From an uncultured Candidatus Saccharibacteria bacterium (GTDB taxonomy: Bacteria; Patescibacteriota; Minisyncoccia; Phycocordibacterales; DATGWK01), in NCBI GenBank assembly GCA_964428845.1, contig CAYRZH010000001.1, positions 1-58,194 on the forward strand: 58,194 nucleotides of DNA. The letters are read 5' to 3'. The position numbers and the translations under genes are program-made. The notes beneath the pieces are model-generated. The model was not told where the DNA came from and did no database searches. It was given only the letters and a program-made list of their open reading frames with translations. Position 1 is the first letter of the stretch, and each line of letters begins with the position of its first letter. Of the stretch, positions 1 to 8,967 are shown piece by piece.

Positions 1-132
1 AAATCTCCCGCTGGGGAGATTTTCCGCTCTCCGAGAGCGATACTCTGTGGCAGACAGACATACACACAGCCAACGAGGCATCCATTCAAAACCCTTCAGC
101 CACCATATACCACCAACCGAGTTACTACTCTC

Positions 133-1335
133 CTAGAAACTCCCGGCTAGATTGTATATAGGCATAAGGACAGCCGCGAGGAGGGATCCTACGCCAAGAC
201 CAAGAAGGATTATCATCGTCGGCTCGATCAGGTCTACCAGAGTGTCGACAGCCACCACCACCTCACGTTGGTAAAACTTAGCGAGAGTCTTCAAAATATT
301 GCCAAGTTCTCCAGTCTCCTCCCCCACTTTTATCATTTGGACCATAATACTCGGTATTTGAGGATATTCGGAGAGGGCCGCGGAGAGAGCCTTGCCACCT
401 TTTACCTGCTCGAGTGCTTCGCCAAGGATACTTTTATATATCTCATTGCCGACCACGTGGGCTGTGGTCTCGAGCGCCTGGAGCATGGAGATACCGCTCA
501 AAACCATAACATTCATGTTGTCTGCGATTCTGGAAAGATAAAGTTTTTTATAAAGATTCCCTACGTATGGGATACCCAATTTGAAATTATCGAAAGAGGC
601 CTTACCGGAAGCACTGCGAACATAGCGACCAAATATTATGCCAAGAGCGATGAGAATACCCGCGGCCAAAAAGCCGTAATTGATAACAAAATCACTAATA
701 AAGATCACTGCCTTGGTGTAGATAGGGAGCTCCACGTCGGATTCTTCAAGGATGGGGGTGACCTTAGGAATAACGACGGTGAGCATCATTACCATGACCG
801 CAATAAATGTGATTATGACGAAAGCGGGATATATAAGGGCGTGGGTAGCTTTAGAAGTAATGTCGTGCTGGCGCTCTAGATAGTCGGCAAGGAAGCTGAA
901 GGTTTGGTCTAGACGGCCAGATTCTTCCCCAGAATGCACCATATTGACGTAGAACTCGGAAAAAATAGACGGGTGCTTACCGAGAGCTTTGGAAATAGAG
1001 CTGCCCTCTTGTAGGTCATCAGCGATGATATTCATAGCTTTTCTCAAGGCGGCGCTATCGACTTGTGAGGCAAGCAGTTTGAAAACACGCAGAGGAGAAA
1101 CTTGGGCTTCGAAGAGAGTGGCCATCTGACGTGACAAGACGACTACATCCTTTGAAGATACTTTATTGAGAAAAGGTATTTTCTCGGAGAAGGAAATCTT
1201 CTCGTTTGACTTTATCGAGGTAATGGTAAGCCCTCGTTTTTGGATCGAATTGATAGCTACATCAACATTAACAGCGTCAATGAGCCCATCTTTATTTTGC
1301 CCATTTTGGTCTATCGCTTTGTATGTAAATAACAT
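133..1335 (-). CDS. pilC: Type IV pilus inner-membrane platform protein (T2SS F family)
   Basis: 400 aa; two T2SSF repeats (SRQMATLFEAQV, GEESGRLD, GEETGELG) and terminal TM segment IEPTMIILLG. Confidence 0.93.
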   Translation of the reverse strand: MLFTYKAIDQNGQNKDGLIDAVNVDVAINSIQKRGLTITSIKSNEKISFSEKIPFLNKVSSKDVVVLSRQMATLFEAQVSPLRVFKLLASQVDSAALRKAMNIIADDLQEGSSISKALGKHPSIFSEFYVNMVHSGEESGRLDQTFSFLADYLERQHDITSKATHALIYPAFVIITFIAVMVMMLTVVIPKVTPILEESDVELPIYTKAVIFISDFVINYGFLAAGILIALGIIFGRYVRSASGKASFDNFKLGIPYVGNLYKKLYLSRIADNMNVMVLSGISMLQALETTAHVVGNEIYKSILGEALEQVKGGKALSAALSEYPQIPSIMVQMIKVGEETGELGNILKTLAKFYQREVVVAVDTLVDLIEPTMIILLGLGVGSLLAAVLMPIYNLAGSF

Positions 1336-1341
1336 ATTTAA

Positions 1342-2406
1342 TTACATCATCTTCTCCAAGCTCTTGACGTTGTTTGAGTATTTGTAAGCATTTTCAACTG
1401 TAATAACACCATTTCGCACAAGATCCACGAGACAGCGATTGAAATCGATCATCCCCTCGGCCGAGCTGGTCTCGATTATTGTGTCTATTTCGTGGGTTCG
1501 CTTGTCACGGATAACGTTGGCTACGGCTGTATTATTTACCAAGAGTTCGTAGGCCGGTACGAGACCTCCAGATATTTTCGGAATAAGACGTTGAGAAAAA
1601 ATACCGATGAGACTTCCAGCAAGCTGGAGTCTGATCTGGTTTTGTTGGGTCGATGGGAATGAGTCGATAATTCTCTCGACCGTCTGGGAGGCGCTATTTG
1701 TATGAAGAGTGGAGAATACCAAGTGACCAGTCTCTGCGGCGGTAACCGCAGTAGCGATAGTTTCTGGCTGTCTCATTTCACCGATCATCACGATATCTAC
1801 GTCTTGCCTAAAGACACCCCAAAGAGCCGTTGGGAAATCTGGTGCGTCTGTCCCCACTTCGCGCTGATCGATTATCGATTTCTTCTCTTTAAAAACGTAT
1901 TCGATAGGATCCTCGATCGTGATGATGTGCTCGAGGCGGTCGTTATTGACTATCTCTATCAGGGCGGCAAGGGTGGTTGATTTCCCTTGGCCAGTAGGAC
2001 CAACAACAAGGAAGAAACCTTGTTGTTTTTTGGCAAAATTGGAAAGGACCGGGGGCAAACTCAACGACTCTAGAGTGCCGATTTGCTCCGGGATAAGGCG
2101 TAAAGAAATCCCTACCTTCCCTTGCTGAATGAAGGCATTGCCTCGGAAACGAGCAGCTGAACGCTTTTCTGTGAAAGCAAAATCGGCCTGTTTTTTCTCG
2201 GCAAAAGTAGCTTTGTTGGCCTGGCTTAAAAGAAAATCCAAAATACCGAGGGCCGCCTCCTTGGTCGTGACCTCCTTTTTTATTATCGGGATAAGGGCAC
2301 CAGCGACACGGATTGCCGGGCGGCGGCCTTCGGAAATGTGAATGTCCGATCCATTCTCTTTTATTACAATGTCTACCAAGTCTTCAACAGTTTTTTTCTG
2401 ATCCAT
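1342..2406 (-). CDS. pilT: Type IV pilus retraction ATPase
   Basis: Walker A GPTGQGKSTT, TIEDPIE, RQDVDIVMIGEMR, AAETGHLVFSTLHT. Confidence 0.93.
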   Translation of the reverse strand: MDQKKTVEDLVDIVIKENGSDIHISEGRRPAIRVAGALIPIIKKEVTTKEAALGILDFLLSQANKATFAEKKQADFAFTEKRSAARFRGNAFIQQGKVGISLRLIPEQIGTLESLSLPPVLSNFAKKQQGFFLVVGPTGQGKSTTLAALIEIVNNDRLEHIITIEDPIEYVFKEKKSIIDQREVGTDAPDFPTALWGVFRQDVDIVMIGEMRQPETIATAVTAAETGHLVFSTLHTNSASQTVERIIDSFPSTQQNQIRLQLAGSLIGIFSQRLIPKISGGLVPAYELLVNNTAVANVIRDKRTHEIDTIIETSSAEGMIDFNRCLVDLVRNGVITVENAYKYSNNVKSLEKMM

Positions 2407-2415
2407 GTTTATTTA

Positions 2416-2808
2416 TCAATTATTTCGCCCGACAATTTCTAATACTTTATTTACAATCTCCGAAGGAACAAGTGAAGCTTTGATAATGTAATCCCTGACA
2501 CCAAGTCTTTTCGCCTCCTCCATCTCCTCTCCCCCACTTTGGTTTGTAAACATAATAAATATTGTATCAGGTCCAAGGTTTTCTTTCTTTATCTGTCGCA
2601 ATAGCTCGAGCCCATCCATCCCAGGCAAAACTACATCGAGAAGCATGATACTTGGCCTGTATCCATCTTGAAGTTTTTTCAAAGCGTCTGTGCCACTGCG
2701 CGAAGTTTCTACTTCGTGGCCGCCATTCTTAAACTTCGTCACATACATGTTTAAAAGAAACGAATCGTCATCAACAATAAGGATTTTGTGCTGTTTTTTT
2801 TCTTCCAT
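2416..2808 (-). CDS. Single-domain response regulator (REC)
   Basis: ILIVDDD, LLDVVLPGMDG, YIIK conserved receiver residues. Confidence 0.9.
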   Translation of the reverse strand: MEEKKQHKILIVDDDSFLLNMYVTKFKNGGHEVETSRSGTDALKKLQDGYRPSIMLLDVVLPGMDGLELLRQIKKENLGPDTIFIMFTNQSGGEEMEEAKRLGVRDYIIKASLVPSEIVNKVLEIVGRNN

Positions 2809-2831
2809 ATCCGCGTAATTATATCACCATC

Positions 2832-4589
2832 TTATAAATTCAGAACTTCCTCGAAAGGAATTTGTCTGTTTAGTGCTTTGACGATGCCGTCTTCTTTCAT
2901 CGTAAGCATTCCCTTTGATCTTGCCATTTTGACGATGTCGATTTCTGTTGGGTTTTTCAGAATAAGGGCCTCTAGATCTCTATCCATCTCAAGCACCTCC
3001 ATGACTGCCACTCTACCGCGGGTACCACTAGGGCAGTTGGGGCTTGGTGCGGCACGATAAACTTGCTTGCCGGTAGGAATCTCTTTTCTAAATTTCTCCG
3101 GAAGATCTTCGAACTGTTTGTCGATCATCATCTTTATGCCACCCTCGATAGGCATTGGCTCGCCCGAATCTGGACAAAGGACGGTTACAAGGCGTTGGGC
3201 CATAGCAAGGATCAGGGTTGGGGCGATAAGGTAGGGGTCAACTTTCATATCAATAAGACGCGGGATGACACCGACAGCATTGTTGGTGTGAATAGTGGCG
3301 AGCACCAAGTGGCCAGTAAGTGCCGCCTGTATGGCAAGACCTGCGGTCTCTTCGTCACGAATCTCACCGACCATAATGATGTCGGGGTCTTGTCGGAGAG
3401 TAGTACGAAGACCGTTTGCGAAGGTATAGCCGATCTCGGGACGAACTTGGGACTGGTTTATACCCTCGATGTTGTACTCGATCGGATCTTCCAAAGAAAG
3501 GATGTTGTCCTTTTCGTGATCGAGCTCGTTTAACATAGAGTAAAGCGTAGTTGTCTTTCCGGAGCCAGTTGGGCCAGAGATAAGTATCAGTCCATATGGT
3601 CGAGCGATAGCCCTTCTCACTGCGGCAATATTTTTCTCACTTAAGCCAAGATTGTCGAGTTTCTTTACGCCACGATCATGGTCGAGAATTCTCATCACGA
3701 TCTTTTCGCCATAGTACGTCGGGAAGGTCGACACACGAAAATCTATCTTTCTACCCATGATGGTGGCAGAAAAACGGCCGTCTTGCGGCTTACGTTTTTC
3801 GTCGAGTCTCATATTGGAGAGGATTTTTATGCGGGAAACGACAGACGAGTGGACCTTGGCCGGCAAGACCAGACTTGTGTTTAAGACACCGTCAACTCGA
3901 AAACGTACACGAACTGTGTCACGTAGATGCTCGATATGCACGTCTGAAGCATTGCCTTCTGTGGCATATTTGAGGATCGTAGTGACAATCTTCGTAATCG
4001 GAGCAACTTCGACTATTTTTTCGTCCTCCTTCGTGCCTTTCTTCCCTTTCTCTTCGGCTTTTTGTTTGTCGCCACCAGGAAGCTCACCGTGATCTAGATC
4101 GAAAGTGAGACCCTGACCTTCACCTGGAGGTTCGAGCTCTGAAAGTGCCTGCCCGACTTCTTCGGACAAGCCCTTATACATGGCCATAACCTTGCCAAAG
4201 TCTTCTTCGGAAATGATGAAGAGCTTGAAGGGCATGCCAATTTTCGAAGATATAAAATTTAGGGCGTCTTTGGCTTCTATATTGTCTGGATCGACGAGAC
4301 CAACTTCGAGAACGTTTTCATTTACCTCGATCGGGACGATTTTGTAGTGAAAAGCCGACTCTTCGGGAATAAATGAGAGGATCTCGCGGGGAATAATCCG
4401 ACTACCAAGCTCTTTTACGGGCATTTCATAATACTCGCCGACGGCCTCAAGCACGTCAGTGATAGAAAGACCTCTGCGCACAATGGCCTGCTCTAGAGTT
4501 GACTTGGTCGAACTAACCTCCTTTTTTATGGAAGCCACATCTCCCTTTTCTATGAGTTTTTTTTCTACGAGTATTTCAAGAAGATTCAT
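2832..4589 (-). CDS. pilB: Type IV pilus extension ATPase (GspE/PilB)
   Basis: N-terminal MshEN/T2SSE_N-like region, GPTGSGKTTT, LRQDPDIIMVGEIRD. Confidence 0.92.
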   Translation of the reverse strand: MNLLEILVEKKLIEKGDVASIKKEVSSTKSTLEQAIVRRGLSITDVLEAVGEYYEMPVKELGSRIIPREILSFIPEESAFHYKIVPIEVNENVLEVGLVDPDNIEAKDALNFISSKIGMPFKLFIISEEDFGKVMAMYKGLSEEVGQALSELEPPGEGQGLTFDLDHGELPGGDKQKAEEKGKKGTKEDEKIVEVAPITKIVTTILKYATEGNASDVHIEHLRDTVRVRFRVDGVLNTSLVLPAKVHSSVVSRIKILSNMRLDEKRKPQDGRFSATIMGRKIDFRVSTFPTYYGEKIVMRILDHDRGVKKLDNLGLSEKNIAAVRRAIARPYGLILISGPTGSGKTTTLYSMLNELDHEKDNILSLEDPIEYNIEGINQSQVRPEIGYTFANGLRTTLRQDPDIIMVGEIRDEETAGLAIQAALTGHLVLATIHTNNAVGVIPRLIDMKVDPYLIAPTLILAMAQRLVTVLCPDSGEPMPIEGGIKMMIDKQFEDLPEKFRKEIPTGKQVYRAAPSPNCPSGTRGRVAVMEVLEMDRDLEALILKNPTEIDIVKMARSKGMLTMKEDGIVKALNRQIPFEEVLNL

Positions 4590-4615
4590 ATAAAACGTTG
4601 GCTACATTAGGCCGA

Positions 4616-4924
4616 TTAGTTTCCGATTGGGGCAAATGGATTCCCTCGGCCAAGTGGTTCAGGCTCTACAACTTGAGTAAAATCTTTTAGTGAAACAAAG
4701 ACGGGGTCAGAAAAAATATCTTTGTTTACGGTGCCTAGAGCCTTGAGGCGATTGAGTTCGATGATGAGTTCCCCGCCGACACCGCTAAGGGCAGGATTTG
4801 TTTCGACACTGACGAGACCCTCTTCTGGGGCCGGATCGCGGAAAAATGTGAAGTATGCAGCTCCGATGATTACAACAAGCGCCACGATGAGTAAAATATT
4901 TTTATTTATCTTTGGAAGTGTCAT
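4616..4924 (-). CDS. Small N-terminally anchored pilus-cluster protein (PilP position)
   Basis: One TM helix; C-terminal GRGNPFAP motif; sits between the pilO-like gene and pilB. Confidence 0.6.
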   Translation of the reverse strand: MTLPKINKNILLIVALVVIIGAAYFTFFRDPAPEEGLVSVETNPALSGVGGELIIELNRLKALGTVNKDIFSDPVFVSLKDFTQVVEPEPLGRGNPFAPIGN

Positions 4925-4925
4925 G

Positions 4926-5468
4926 TTATTTTTTAGTTACCCAATAGGTGTTCAGGGTTAGACCAAAATCGTACAAAGTCTCGTCTTTAAGAGACGGTTT
5001 TACAGTAGCCTGAACAATATCGACAAGACGAAGGCTTTTTTCAACGTCGGTTATAAAGTCAACCCCATTTTGGTAAGAAGTTGAAAAGACAAAAGAGATT
5101 GAAGCTGTGTTGTACGGACCCGATGTGGCGTCTGGTGAAAGATTTTTTGGTGTGTCAGTCGTTTTGATTTCTCTTGGGGTTATGCCGTAGCCGGTAGCAA
5201 TACCATTTATATCAAGGATCATTCTCACCGTATCGAGACCTTGGGGCATGAAACGTTCGAGCTTTTGTAGTTCGGCTGGTGAGAAGCTTGCTAGCTTTTG
5301 GGCCAAATCTCCTCGAAGTTTCTTCAGTTCTTCAGCAACCTCTAATGCCTCGTCGTATTGGGCACTTTCAGCACGCAAAATCTTTACATCTGCGTATTGG
5401 GGGTTAATTTGGAAAAAGAACAGCCCGACCGCGAACAATATTAAGATGATTGGTGTTAAAGCTTTCAT
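4926..5468 (-). CDS. pilO: PilO-like pilus alignment protein
   Basis: TM helix, coiled coil and ferredoxin-like C-terminus (SLRLVDIV); position in the pilM-N-O order. Confidence 0.65.
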   Translation of the reverse strand: MKALTPIILILFAVGLFFFQINPQYADVKILRAESAQYDEALEVAEELKKLRGDLAQKLASFSPAELQKLERFMPQGLDTVRMILDINGIATGYGITPREIKTTDTPKNLSPDATSGPYNTASISFVFSTSYQNGVDFITDVEKSLRLVDIVQATVKPSLKDETLYDFGLTLNTYWVTKK

Positions 5469-5469
5469 T

Positions 5470-6162
5470 TTAGTTTGGTTCTGTGCTAGTTGCCGCCGAT
5501 GTAGATGTAGTCGTGGCAGTAGAAGCAGGGGTTTCTGGTGGCACTGGCTCTATGGATGGCAGGACGGTTTCCTTATAGAGGATAGGAGTCGGATTAACAT
5601 CGGCTTTGACGCTGAAAACGATGAGTCCTTTTTCGTTTAAATTGATATCCGAAAATATCGCTGATCTAAATATTTTGTTTTTCGAAAAGACGTCCGACTG
5701 AAAAGCAATGGATCTATAAGCTTGTGACTCCCCCTTTAGACTTAGGCTCATTTTTTCTTCGTTAGTCATCGGATCAAGCGCCACAGCAAAGGTCAGATCG
5801 GTAAAACGTATCGCTCTTGCAGTGTTCTCTTCAAGATCCCCCAATAGAGTCGAGAATGAGACGTGTTTTGAGAGTAGCCGCTTACTAGAATCGATCCTAG
5901 TTTTGAGAATAGTGAGCTCTCGGGTAAGTTCTGGGTCAAAATTTTTGATAGCTTGCTCAACTTTTTGCTTTTTTTCTTCATTCCCCGCGGTAAGACTTTT
6001 TTTATAGAAATAGAGACCACCAAAAAGAGCTAAGGCGATCACGAAAATCGCCACACCAATTATCATAAAAAAACTAGGCGGATTTTTTTGCCTTACAAAC
6101 TCACCACCACCGGAGACAATGGGTCTTTTTGGAATGAAAGATGTTTGAAAACGGTTCTCCAT
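5470..6162 (-). CDS. PilN-like pilus alignment protein
   Basis: FQTSFIPK N-terminus, TM helix and coiled coil; directly downstream of pilM. Confidence 0.6.
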   Translation of the reverse strand: MENRFQTSFIPKRPIVSGGGEFVRQKNPPSFFMIIGVAIFVIALALFGGLYFYKKSLTAGNEEKKQKVEQAIKNFDPELTRELTILKTRIDSSKRLLSKHVSFSTLLGDLEENTARAIRFTDLTFAVALDPMTNEEKMSLSLKGESQAYRSIAFQSDVFSKNKIFRSAIFSDINLNEKGLIVFSVKADVNPTPILYKETVLPSIEPVPPETPASTATTTSTSAATSTEPN

Positions 6163-6238
6163 AAAATAAGAGAGCTCTCAATAGGCATTATAGAAGAGAA
6201 AACACTCGGAAACAAACGATTAGTGGTGATAACGTGGC

Positions 6239-7402
6239 TTATTTGCTGTCTCCCAGACGCCTAAGGGCAACCCCTAGAGCAACAGCGAATTCCGGTCCAT
6301 TCTGTTTTAAGACATTTCCTAGAAATGCAGGGGCTTCGACCTTGGAAAATGGGTCGGCGAGGACGACTGGCATTTCGAGATTCTTTTGGGCGAGTTCGGC
6401 GAAGCCTTTCATTCCTGATCCGCCTCCTACGAGTACTGTTTTTTGAATACTTTTTTTGTATTTAGCTTGATAATTGAGGGCCGCCCGACGAGCTTCCGAA
6501 AAAACAAAGTCTAGAGACAGAGAAATAACTTCGGCCATATCTTTTTTATCTGGTTCTTTGCTCCAACCGGTAGTGCGCTTCAGAATTTCGGCCTTTTCTA
6601 CTGATATGGAGAGTGATGTGGCCAAAGCCATGGTTATGTCTTGAGATCCGCGACTTATAGTGTGAGAGCTACGTACGATGCCGCGCTCGACGATGTAGAG
6701 CTTGGTAGAAGCGGCACCTGTATCAAGTATCATGACCGGCTCGACATTTTGGTCCAAAACCGAGCGAATAGTGCTAAAAATTTCGATCTCAAAGAAATTG
6801 GCGTCGAGACCCGTCTTATTTACAATCTCCTGGTAGTCTCTAATAGTCTCATTGTGTATAGCGACGAGAAGGACATCTGTTTTAGGAACTGTAGATTTTT
6901 CAATCTTTTGTCCTTCCATTTGCCCGGCCAATTCTTCCCCTTCTCCGCCTGGCCCAGCGCCAAGCGGCGTATCGCCTTGTTTGAACTGATCTCTCGGAAC
7001 AATAGACCAGTCGAGGCTTACCTCTGAAATAGGCACGGGAATGTATTTCCGCGCTTCTATAGGGATCATCTGGGCAAGTTGCCTATCCGAGACAAGAGGC
7101 ACCTCGACAATACTCATGAGACTTGAAGCGAAGGGAATAGCCACACCGCCTCGCTTGGTGGTTGTTTTTGCTTCGCGCAGTATGTCGGTCAGGGCAACGA
7201 TGATTTGTTCGACTGGGAGGTTGGTGGCGCGACCGATTTCTACTTTGGCATATGGCCCGAGAGCCAGTGCCCCATAGGTCTCAAGAATAGCGCGGCCGTG
7301 CTTTTGCTTGATTTGGACAACTTTAATAGCCGACGAACCGATGTCGATACCGAGGACGCTGGTTTCCTTCTTTTTAAAAAAATTTGAAAAGAAATTTGCC
7401 AT
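6239..7402 (-). CDS. pilM: Type IV pilus assembly protein PilM
   Basis: LGIDIGSSAIK actin-like motif, IEARKYIPVP, LDTGA, VLVGGGS. Confidence 0.92.
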   Translation of the reverse strand: MANFFSNFFKKKETSVLGIDIGSSAIKVVQIKQKHGRAILETYGALALGPYAKVEIGRATNLPVEQIIVALTDILREAKTTTKRGGVAIPFASSLMSIVEVPLVSDRQLAQMIPIEARKYIPVPISEVSLDWSIVPRDQFKQGDTPLGAGPGGEGEELAGQMEGQKIEKSTVPKTDVLLVAIHNETIRDYQEIVNKTGLDANFFEIEIFSTIRSVLDQNVEPVMILDTGAASTKLYIVERGIVRSSHTISRGSQDITMALATSLSISVEKAEILKRTTGWSKEPDKKDMAEVISLSLDFVFSEARRAALNYQAKYKKSIQKTVLVGGGSGMKGFAELAQKNLEMPVVLADPFSKVEAPAFLGNVLKQNGPEFAVALGVALRRLGDSK

Positions 7403-7440
7403 ACGAGATGGAAGATTGGGTGAATTATATCACAAAAAAT

Positions 7441-8193
7441 ATGACTTTCATTTCAAAAATTTGGCGAGTAGTGGGTTTGTTTTTTGATTTTTTATTTCCA
7501 AGGGACGCGCGCGTTCGGAGGCTTGAAGAAATGGGCTCGAGCGAGATCTCGGCGGCGCTTCCGGCGGCGCGGCCGTTTGAAAATCTTCCTGCAGAGCTGG
7601 ATCGCGGCAGATTTTTTGCCCTCTTTGACTATAGCAACGAGACGGTGAAGCAGATTGTTTGGGAGATAAAATATAGGAAAAATCTGGTTCTCGCCGCGAA
7701 AATGGGTGAACTTTTGGCGGGGAGGGTTTTGGAGGTTGTGAAAGCTTCAGATACTCGTCCAGATGCTCGCCCAAATGCTCGCGCGGAAAATTTTCTTTTC
7801 CTTCCTATCCCCTCTTCTCGGCGGCGGCGTAGGTGGCGAGGGTTCAATCAGACAGAACTTATCGCACAGGAAGTGGTGAAAAGCCTGAGAGAAAAAGTAG
7901 ATTCTCCAAACTCGTCTTTTGAGATATTGTCGGCCGGTTTTTCATATGCAGACGTTTTAGCCAAGATAAAAGAGACTCCCCCGCAGTCGTCTCTCCCCGA
8001 GCGCCACGAACGTCTCACAAATCTGGTTGGAGCATTTGATCTAAAAGATGCGGCCGCTGCCGGACTCGTGCGCGGAAAAAATATTGTGATCATAGACGAT
8101 GTCATCACTACGGGGGCGACGATGAGGGAGGCGGTGCTGGTATTTTTGCGCGCCGGAGCAAAGAATATTTATGGATTTTCGGTGGCGCATTGA
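7441..8193 (+). CDS. comF: ComF family competence protein (PRTase-like)
   Basis: PIPSSRRRRRWRGFNQTELIA and IIDDVITTGATM motifs; start uncertain (7408 or 7441). Confidence 0.85.
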   Translation: MTFISKIWRVVGLFFDFLFPRDARVRRLEEMGSSEISAALPAARPFENLPAELDRGRFFALFDYSNETVKQIVWEIKYRKNLVLAAKMGELLAGRVLEVVKASDTRPDARPNARAENFLFLPIPSSRRRRRWRGFNQTELIAQEVVKSLREKVDSPNSSFEILSAGFSYADVLAKIKETPPQSSLPERHERLTNLVGAFDLKDAAAAGLVRGKNIVIIDDVITTGATMREAVLVFLRAGAKNIYGFSVAH

Positions 8194-8260
8194 CAAATCC
8201 CACGACCATGTCATTATTCTAAAAGACCCAGACATTCGCCGGCAATAAAGGAGCCTCGAA

Positions 8261-8770
8261 ATGGAAAGAGGAAACCTTGTAAAACCGCTAGGACGGTTGG
8301 CCAAGTTTGCTGACAAGATGATGGTCCCGGCCATGTACGCACTCTCCGGAACTTTCAAGGAGAGCCCTCAAAGGACCCATAGATGGAACAACATGCACCT
8401 GGACTGGAATGCAGATGATCTTTTTGAGAACCTGCGAAGACAGGAGATGCTTTATTTCTCAGGTGTACTAGGGGCAATGAGTCCCAAGATCCCCCTCCTC
8501 TTCCACATTCCCATCCTTGGCGGATGGCGTAACTATGTGGTGCTACAACCAAGCACACATGATGGAGAGTGGTTCGTCGGGTGGGCCTCAAATCATGCCG
8601 TTGGCGTGTCCCGCATTCCCATCCGCGGGCCAGTGAGAATGCTCCTGGGACCGATGGGTGTATACTTTTTTGGCATCAGTGCCGGTGATCAGAAGCAAAT
8701 CAAGATCGAAGTAATCGGAACAGGCCGCATCTGGAAGGGCGGCCCCCATGCCCAAGTTCCTCTTCTGTAA
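8261..8770 (+). CDS. Hypothetical protein, stand-alone unit
   Basis: 169-aa ORF with AAAGGAG RBS, upstream TTGACA at 8190, and downstream hairpin GCGCACC..GGTGCGC followed by a T-run. Confidence 0.75.
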   Translation: MERGNLVKPLGRLAKFADKMMVPAMYALSGTFKESPQRTHRWNNMHLDWNADDLFENLRRQEMLYFSGVLGAMSPKIPLLFHIPILGGWRNYVVLQPSTHDGEWFVGWASNHAVGVSRIPIRGPVRMLLGPMGVYFFGISAGDQKQIKIEVIGTGRIWKGGPHAQVPLL

Positions 8771-8879
8771 CAAGTTCTCGTGGCGCACCTAGCTTTGGCA
8801 CGGTGCGCTGTTTTTTTGAAAAAACATTTAAAATAACGATTAGAAAATCGTCACGATATATGTTACTCTGGCCATGTTT

Positions 8880-8967
8880 GGAGAGTTGGCTGAGCTGGCC
8901 GAAAGCGCCTCACTGCTAACGAGGTAGGGTCTAAAAGCCCTCGTGGGTTCGAATCCCACACTCTCCG
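8880..8967 (+). tRNA. tRNA-Ser(GCT)
   Basis: GGAGAGT/ACTCTCC acceptor stem, anticodon arm CCTCA-CTGCTAA-CGAGG, long variable arm, GTGGG-TTCGAAT-CCCAC T arm, G73. Confidence 0.95.

Noticed and set aside
268-879. Long antisense ORFs opposite pilC, pilB, ftsH, secY and rpsQ
   Set aside because: No motifs; typical antisense shadows of conserved genes.
7752-7785. Three 12-bp imperfect tandem repeats in comF (DTRP DARP NAR)
   Set aside because: A short in-frame loop expansion with no sign of a wider system.
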